Assembly: GCA_947628015.1 (NCBI GenBank)
Contig: CANQYG010000003.1
Location: 1-37,940 of the forward strand
DNA length: 37,940 nucleotides
Origin: an uncultured Clostridia bacterium
Lineage (GTDB): Bacteria; Bacillota; Clostridia; TANB77; CAG-508
Direction: 5' to 3'
Part shown: piece after piece, positions 31,693 through 37,940 of the stretch
Numbering within the stretch: the first letter of the stretch is position 1
Layout of the letters: every line of letters starts with the position of its first letter
The notes under the pieces: model-generated
Databases searched by the model: none
What the model saw: the letters and a program-made list of their open reading frames with translations, nothing else
What the model was told of the DNA's origin: nothing
Program-made: the position numbers and the translations under genes

Positions 31693-32430
31693 CTAAGTTG
31701 TTTGTTTTATATATTCATCTATTACTTCGTTTGTATCTCCATCCATCTGAATTATACCTTTATTTAGCCATACTGCTCTGTCGCATAGCTCTCTTGCAGA
31801 TTCTAAACTATGAGTAACAAAAACCATAGTTTTGCCTTCTTTTTTTAGTTCCTTCATTTTGTTAATACATTTTTCTTGAAAATGTTGGTCTCCAACAGAT
31901 AATATTTCATCAACAAGTAAAATCTCTGCATCAACATTTATAGCAACAGAAAACGCAAGCCTCATATACATACCTGATGAATATGTTCTAACTGGGTTAT
32001 CTATATAACTTCCAAGCTCAGAAAACTCAATTATTTGGTCTAGCCTTTTGTCAATTTCTTTTCTTGTTAGTCCAAATATTGAAGCATTAAAATATATATT
32101 TTCTCTTCCAGAAAAATCTGGGTGAAAACCTGCTCCAAGCTCTAAAAGTGATGTTAACTTTCCATTGGTAACTATCTTTCCTTTATTAGGATATATAATT
32201 TTAGTCATTAATTTTAAAAGAGTTGACTTTCCGCTTCCGTTTACTCCAATAAGAGCAACAGCTTCACCATTTTTTATCGTTAAATTTATATCTTTTAATA
32301 CTTCTCTTGTTTCTTTTCTGTTTCTCTTCCAAAATAAAAGCTTTTCTTTTATGCTATTTGCTTTGTCTAAATATACATTAAAAGTTTTGTAAACATGTTC
32401 TACAATAATTCTGTTTTCTTTACCTTGCAT
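31693..32430 (-). CDS. wzt: Polysaccharide ABC exporter ATPase (Wzt/TagH/RgpD-like), without a C-terminal carbohydrate-binding domain
   Basis: GVNGSGKSTLL, LELGAGFHP, YSSGMYMRLAFS, LLVDE, VTH; start ATG 32430 after GAAAGG. Confidence 0.93.
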   Translation of the reverse strand: MQGKENRIIVEHVYKTFNVYLDKANSIKEKLLFWKRNRKETREVLKDINLTIKNGEAVALIGVNGSGKSTLLKLMTKIIYPNKGKIVTNGKLTSLLELGAGFHPDFSGRENIYFNASIFGLTRKEIDKRLDQIIEFSELGSYIDNPVRTYSSGMYMRLAFSVAINVDAEILLVDEILSVGDQHFQEKCINKMKELKKEGKTMVFVTHSLESARELCDRAVWLNKGIIQMDGDTNEVIDEYIKQTT

Positions 32431-32446
32431 AATCTTAAACCTTTCT

Positions 32447-33376
32447 TTAATAACCTTCATCCATAAAATCGTTTGTTACTTTTTTTCTCTTGAAGTTCTT
32501 TCTAGTAAGAATTGAAATAGGAATCCATAAAAATATTATCATTATTTTATTAAAGCTACCTTTTACATTTTTAATTGCATCACTTCTTGCTGATAAAATT
32601 GCAAACATTATGTAATATTTGTATATATACATCTTTTTGCTAAAAGGTATTCCTTTTAAATTCATCTTTAAAATTTCTTTAAAATATTCGTAAAAACCTA
32701 AAGGAGCTAGTTCAAAAACTCTTTTTTTATTTTTTACATAGCCATCATCTTTGTAGTCTCCAATAATTATTGCCTCATTTACGCAAATTACATCATAGTC
32801 TGCATCAATTTTGTTATACATTCTAAACTCTGTAACAAACTTTTCATCTGCCTCTAATATGTGCTTGTATTTTTTTCTAATCTCTGTTTTATAAACTAGT
32901 ATTTTTTCTCCTGTCATTTTTTCTTTGTAATATAAGCTAAACATATCACTTCTATGATTGTCTTCTATAAATTCTGTTCCATCAATTTTTCCACTTTCAT
33001 TTTTCTTCAAAAAAGCAAGTGCATATACTGTTTCATCACTTAATAGCTTGTCTATGTTTTTGTTAATAATATCAAATGCGCCAGTTACAAAGTAATCATC
33101 TGAATCACATTCTATTATTACATCTCCTGTAACAAATTTCATTAAGTTGTTAATTGCTGACATTTTTCCTTGATTTTCTTGGTAGTGATATTCTATTTTA
33201 ATTATGTTTTGTTTAATAAAATTATCTATAATTAATTTAGTTTTATCAGTAGAACCATCATCCATAATGAGCCATTCATATTCTATGTTAGAATTACTAT
33301 TGATAACTAAACTTGTATATAATCTTTCTAAATCATGCGCTCTATTATATGTAGCTGTTAGTATTGAAATCTTCAT
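32447..33376 (-). CDS. GT2 glycosyltransferase
   Basis: ILTATYNR, DDGSTD, ENQGK, CDSDD. Confidence 0.9.
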   Translation of the reverse strand: MKISILTATYNRAHDLERLYTSLVINSNSNIEYEWLIMDDGSTDKTKLIIDNFIKQNIIKIEYHYQENQGKMSAINNLMKFVTGDVIIECDSDDYFVTGAFDIINKNIDKLLSDETVYALAFLKKNESGKIDGTEFIEDNHRSDMFSLYYKEKMTGEKILVYKTEIRKKYKHILEADEKFVTEFRMYNKIDADYDVICVNEAIIIGDYKDDGYVKNKKRVFELAPLGFYEYFKEILKMNLKGIPFSKKMYIYKYYIMFAILSARSDAIKNVKGSFNKIMIIFLWIPISILTRKNFKRKKVTNDFMDEGY

Positions 33377-33402
33377 TAAAAGTCTGTTTCCTTAATTTGA
33401 TT

Positions 33403-33468
33403 ATTTAGGTTTTTAAAGGTTACCCATAAACCTTTACATATAATATCATAAATTACTATTATAAACAA
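33403..33468 (-). promoter_or_regulatory. Promoter plus conserved leader motif, copy 1
   Basis: TTGTTT (33468-33463)-17 nt-TATTAT (33445-33440) with extended -10 TG, then AAAGGTTTATGGGTAACCTTTAAAAACCTAAAT; near-identical copy at 36458-36547. Confidence 0.7.
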
Positions 33469-33491
33469 TAATTTGATTATATTTTAATTTT

Positions 33492-34455
33492 TTAATACGG
33501 ACTTCTAATATGTGTTAATAGTTTTAGTACTCTATAATTTTCATTGCATACTAAGTTGCAAAATAGTTTGAATAATAGTGGTTTATTTTTATAATATTCA
33601 TTGTTTTTCCAGTTTGGAAATTTTATATTCACTTCTTCTGCACATTTTTTTATATCTTCATATTTATTAAATTTTAAAAATTTAAAACTTGAAAAATATA
33701 TAAGTTGGAAAATGTATAAATATTCAATTTCCTTTTTAAATTCTGTATCTTTTAGCTTTTCATATAAATAATTGCAAGCTTTGATAATGTCTAAAAATTT
33801 TTTATTATATTCTATTTTTTGCATTGTAGAATTTTCTCTTTGTCTATAAAAATATAACTCTTCATTAATATATCCAATCTTTTTTGTGTACTTTGGCATT
33901 GCTGGTATTATTGCAAAATCTTCATATAAAATATCTTCTGGAAATTCAATTTTTTCATTTATCCATATATCTCTTTTATAAATTTTATTTACAGGACCGT
34001 GGGTTTGACAATATATATGTTGAATAATTAAATTCTTTTAAAAATCTAGGTAATGTCTCCCTTGACTCTTTTCTTCCATCTTCATAAACCCAAGCCATAT
34101 CACAAACTACAACGTCTAACTTCTTTTTTATTCCTTCATTATATAAAATTTCATACATATCATTTTCAATGTAATCATCTGAATCTACAAAGCCTATATA
34201 TTCTCCACTTGCCTTTTTTACACCATAATTTCTAGCTGAACCTTGTCCACCATTTTCTTTTATATAACTTTTAAATAATTCAGGATATTTTTCTACATAT
34301 TCATCAATAATATTTTGACTTTTATCTTTAGAGCCATCATTTACTATAATTACTTCTAAATCATCTTTAATTGTTTGATTTACCAACGAATCAAGACATT
34401 CTCTTAAATATTCTTGAACATTATATACTGGAATAATAACGCTTACCTTTGGCAT
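33492..34455 (-). CDS. GT2 glycosyltransferase, split by a +1 frameshift at CGG-T (33999-33996)
   Basis: VIIPVYN, NDGSKD, NGGQGSARN, FVDSDD; skipping one base gives ..SNP-G-PVNKIYKRDIW...FPEDIFYED.. and a 320-aa product like the 319- and 314-aa neighbouring paralogues. Confidence 0.88.
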
Positions 34456-34470
34456 AAATTTACCCTTTCT

Positions 34471-35430
34471 TTATTTTATTAATCCAAAAATTTTGCAATA
34501 AATTTTATAAGTATATTTATTTACTTTTTTCATGTAAAAATCTTTTAAAGATTTTCTTTTTTTCAATATTTCATTTTGTCTCCAATTAGGAAATTTTTCA
34601 TTTAAGTTTTTCCAAGTTTCATATAATATTTTTTCTTTTAGCTTTTTATCTTTTATTTTTGCAACCCTTTTTAAAGAACTGCAAAGTAAATATCTTGTGT
34701 ATACATATTCTAGCTCCATTTTATATTCATCATAAATTTGGTTTGATTTATAATAATTTAAAACATTGTCAAGTACTGAAAAGATATCTCTTGTTTTCTC
34801 ATTGTATTCATACGAAACTGAAGACTTTCTTTGCACATAATGTACTAATGGTTCTTTTATAAATGAAACTTTATCACAATAAGGTACTAATTTATATGTA
34901 AACTCTACATCTTCATATCTAAGCCCTTTTGGAAAATATATTTTATTTGATTGTACTACCATTCTTTTAATCATTTTGTTCCAAGGAATTACTCTGGCAT
35001 ATAAAAGCATTTCTTTTTTATTTGCATAAATAGCGCCTGTATCTAGCTTTTTCTTGTGTGGATATTCCCAATAAAAATCACATTCAACAATACTGCTATT
35101 TTCTTCTTTTGCTTTATTATACATTTTTTCATACATATTAGGCTCTGCATAATCATCTGCATCTAAAAAAGCTATGTACTCTCCTGTAGCATAAGGTATT
35201 GCATAATTTCTTGCATCAGCCGCTCCACCATTTTCTTTTTCTAGATATTTTATTTTATCTTTGTACTGTTCTTCATACTTTTTTATTATTTCCTTTGAGC
35301 CGTCTTTTGAGCCATCATTTACTATTATAATTTCTATATCTTGTAAAGTTTGATTTAATAAAGATTCTAAACTTTTTTCGATATAATTTTCTGCATTAAA
35401 AACAGGCATTATAATACTAACCTTTACCAT
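34471..35430 (-). CDS. GT2 glycosyltransferase
   Basis: IIMPVFN, NDGSKD, NGGAADARN, FLDADD, PWNKMIKR, FPKGLRYED. Confidence 0.93.
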   Translation of the reverse strand: MVKVSIIMPVFNAENYIEKSLESLLNQTLQDIEIIIVNDGSKDGSKEIIKKYEEQYKDKIKYLEKENGGAADARNYAIPYATGEYIAFLDADDYAEPNMYEKMYNKAKEENSSIVECDFYWEYPHKKKLDTGAIYANKKEMLLYARVIPWNKMIKRMVVQSNKIYFPKGLRYEDVEFTYKLVPYCDKVSFIKEPLVHYVQRKSSVSYEYNEKTRDIFSVLDNVLNYYKSNQIYDEYKMELEYVYTRYLLCSSLKRVAKIKDKKLKEKILYETWKNLNEKFPNWRQNEILKKRKSLKDFYMKKVNKYTYKIYCKIFGLIK

Positions 35431-35490
35431 ATAAAATTTCCTTTCTAAATTTGTATGCTATAATATTCTTTATCTTATTTTAAATAAACT

Positions 35491-36435
35491 TTATCTTAGT
35501 TTCAAATACCAATTTATATTAATATTTAAAAGTAACTTTTTTAAGAGCTGTTTAAGATTTCTTGCTTTTATATTTTTCAACATTTTTCTTCTTTTTATCT
35601 CTTTTATATAAAGCTTTCTATCTTCTCCTTCAAGTTCTTCAACTTTTAAAATAATATTATTTGTGTAGTATATTTTTATATTTTCTTTTGTTTTTTTCGC
35701 TAAATCTATATTTTTTATTTCTTCTTCCATAGCAGTATAATGTTCTAACATATCCATTGCTCTTTTAAGAGTTTTTTCTTTGTCATTTCCTCTAGTTATG
35801 CTCTCGTTTGACTGGTAATAATAATATCCATAAATATCTGTTGAAGTAATACTTTTGGCTTTTACCATAAGAAGAACAGTTGTTGCAAAATCTTCGTGAT
35901 ATTTTCCTACTGGATATTTAAAATTATTTTCATCTAAAAAAGATTTTTTGTATAAATAAAGCCACGCTGGTTGAAGCATTATATCTGTACTATATAAAGT
36001 ATTAAAAGCATCTTCTCCCATTAGCTCATCAAAAGTAGGACCATCTATTTTTTCTATTTCTTTGTAGTTCTCATCTACCTTTATCATTTTATATTTTATC
36101 ATATCTATTTGCAATAAAATGTATTTTTCAAGCTTTTCAAATAAACTTGTATCTATATAATCATCAGAATCTACAAAACATATATAATCTCCACTTGCTT
36201 TTTCTAAGCCATAGTTTCTTGCATCTGATAATCCACCATTTTCTTTAATATAGCTTTTTATGTTAGAATATTCTTTTACATATTCATCAATTATATCTTG
36301 GCTTTTGTCTTTTGATCCATCATTTACTACTATTATTTCTATATCCTTTAATGTTTGATTAACTATTGAATTAAGACATTTACCTATTGTATTTTCTACA
36401 TTATAAACAGGAACTATTACACTTATTTTTGTCAT
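35491..36435 (-). CDS. GT2 glycosyltransferase
   Basis: VIVPVYN, NDGSKD, NGGLSDARN, FVDSDD, YPVGKYHED. Confidence 0.93.
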   Translation of the reverse strand: MTKISVIVPVYNVENTIGKCLNSIVNQTLKDIEIIVVNDGSKDKSQDIIDEYVKEYSNIKSYIKENGGLSDARNYGLEKASGDYICFVDSDDYIDTSLFEKLEKYILLQIDMIKYKMIKVDENYKEIEKIDGPTFDELMGEDAFNTLYSTDIMLQPAWLYLYKKSFLDENNFKYPVGKYHEDFATTVLLMVKAKSITSTDIYGYYYYQSNESITRGNDKEKTLKRAMDMLEHYTAMEEEIKNIDLAKKTKENIKIYYTNNIILKVEELEGEDRKLYIKEIKRRKMLKNIKARNLKQLLKKLLLNININWYLKLR

Positions 36436-36457
36436 ATTAAAATTTATTCCTTTATAA

Positions 36458-36547
36458 TATTTAGGTTTTTTAAGGACTTACCTATAAACCTTTTATAGCT
36501 TCATTTTTAATTATGCATATAATATCACATAATCCCACTATAAACAA
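36458..36547 (-). promoter_or_regulatory. Promoter plus conserved leader motif, copy 2
   Basis: TTGTTT (36547-36542)-17 nt-TATTAT (36524-36519) with extended -10 TG, then AAAAGGTTTATAGGTAAGTCCTTAAAAAACCTAAAT ahead of the RBS of the first GT2. Confidence 0.7.
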
Positions 36548-36694
36548 CAATTTAATTAATTTTTTATATCAATTAATGCTTGGTGCAGAATAATTTGTAA
36601 ACATAATTTGTATAAAAATTTTATTTGCTTTCCATAATATATTTCAAATTATTTTTTATGTATTTTTTCGTTCTTGTAAAATCACTATTTAAAG

Positions 36695-37007
36695 TTATTC
36701 ACAGAGTTATCCACATTATCCACAGCCTAAAATGTGATTTTATTTTTGCAATTCAATTCTACATAATGTCTTATATTATTACAAATTTGTAAACCTATTA
36801 TTTCGTTTTTGTAATATTTTACAAATTTTTATTTTACTGTTTTTCTTGATTTTTCTTTATTTTTAAGCTTTTTTCTGTTTATCAAATTTATTACTATACA
36901 TTTTTACTTTTTTGCGTTTTTTTTACACTAATATTTCAAACTATCTATTTTTACTTAATTTTTTTAGTTTACATTTTAAAAAAGTTATCCACATTTTTTG
37001 TGAATAA
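36695..37007. promoter_or_regulatory. DnaA-box cluster (5 boxes)
   Basis: TTATTCACA 36695-36703, TTATCCACA 36707-36715, 36716-36724 and 36985-36993, and inverted TGTGAATAA 36999-37007; all match TTATNCACA. Confidence 0.8.
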
Positions 37008-37027
37008 CTTTTTTATAAATTTTATAT

Positions 37028-37940
37028 TTAATTCTTATTATTTAAGTAATTATGATAATTTACACTCTCATGATAATTCTTATCAACTTCCGTCGTACTC
37101 AAACACCTTGTATATAACCTACAAGCATAAACGCTCATGCTCGAATACGATGGCAAACCAACACCTCCATATGATGCCCCAACGCAAAATGAGGATCTGC
37201 TTAAACTATTTAATCCACTAGTCAAATATGTCGTATTGCATTTAGTACTTTTTTTCGTCAATCCACCACCGCTCATCCATATAAAACAAATTAACATTTC
37301 CTGTACTGTAATCAATAGATACTGACATATATAAGTCTTTTTCTGGTTCCAGTCCACTAAGCTTTCCAAATCTAAACCAATGAGTAGCATCCAGACGTTT
37401 TAGGTCACTTCCACAATCTCCAGCACCTAAACACATCTGTAACCCAGTAGTCGAATAAATATCTACCCTAAATCCTCGATATCCACAAGGAATCTTCTTG
37501 TCATCTATTTCCAATGCCTCTAATGGTTCTGCAACAAGTCCATAATATTTTCCATAAAATTCAAATGTAAGTTGCTTATCTTCTCCTATATCTACATTAT
37601 CTATTCTTAAATAATCATCTTTTCCGTCAAATTTTAATTCTGTTCCATGTACTCCTGAATTCTCAGATTCTTCTTCCTCGCCATATACAAATGAAACATC
37701 TGTTCCCCATGATGCTTCATCACTTAAATTTATCGGATTAATATTTAATGATAAATTGTCTATTACTGATATTCCTGCATTTCCATCTAATACTGTATAT
37801 TCTTCTATATTTATTACTTCTCCTGTTTCATAGTTAATTACCCAATTATATTTGGTCTGTCCATAATCTGCTATCTCTTTCCCTTTGGGTACATAGTAAT
37901 AATTCGTTCCATAATTTTTGTCTGAATTATTTAATTGGAT
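37028..37940 (-). CDS. Pilin-like/surface protein with a C-terminal LamG-like domain (5' end outside the window), split by a +1 frameshift, inferred at CGG-T (37271-37268)
   Basis: Frame open from 37940: ..WVINYETGEVI..LKFDGKDDYL..TFEFYG..YMSVSIDYSTGNVNLFYMDE. The LamG-type end (SFCVG..VYACRLYTRCLSTTEVDKNY) exists only in the +1 frame. Confidence 0.75.

Noticed and set aside
33403-36494. Calling the leader motif a canonical preQ1-I riboswitch
   Set aside because: The loop lacks the expected ligand-pairing C pattern, the downstream genes are not queuosine-related, and no copy precedes queH. Kept only as a look-alike candidate.
36695-37007. Definite oriC call
   Set aside because: No dnaA/dnaN/rpmH/gidA neighbours and no gene-strand or skew switch visible within the window.
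1036-37325. All plus-strand ORFs in the supplied track
   Set aside because: Short, Leu/Phe/Ile/Ser-rich antisense shadows of well-supported minus-strand genes, with no recognisable motifs.
37271-37514. Two separate small genes (37028..37390 and 37242..37514) as listed in the ORF track
   Set aside because: The 37242 frame is open to the window edge and the two pieces form one LamG-like domain across a +1 junction.
1-37940. tRNA, rRNA, IS elements or prophage genes
   Set aside because: No GC-rich structured RNA segments, transposase, integrase or phage structural genes were recognised.

Overview
AT-rich, gene-dense region that looks like a low-GC gut Clostridia chromosome (inference from codon use and gene content). 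All ~30 credible genes lie on the minus strand. From right to left it holds: a partial pilin-like/LamG gene; a ~590-bp intergenic region with five DnaA boxes; a ~20-kb cell-surface glycopolymer locus (four GT2, Wzt/Wzm, a GT2-GT4 fusion, two GtrB-like GT2, several GT-C-type membrane proteins, an acyltransferase-3, WecA/TagO) running into ruvB and a QueH-GNAT fusion; then accessory genes (RhuM, two sortase-anchored proteins, an FAD oxidoreductase, an HD protein, TspO, and a HipA-like/MNT toxin-antitoxin-like trio). Four signals stand out. (1) Two unrelated genes are broken in the same way at an in-frame CGG-T, and reading it as one Gly (+1 shift) restores full-length, motif-intact proteins, which suggests a recurrent programmed +1 recoding rule. 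(2) A duplicated promoter plus a ~35-nt preQ1-I-like pseudoknot leader sits upstream of two glycosyltransferase transcription units (candidate new cis-regulatory RNA). (3) A DnaA-box cluster has no dnaA beside it. (4) A G8-tract frameshift and an in-frame TGA interrupt two other genes. Assembly error cannot be excluded for any broken gene without reads. All product calls come from recognising motifs by eye, not from database searches.
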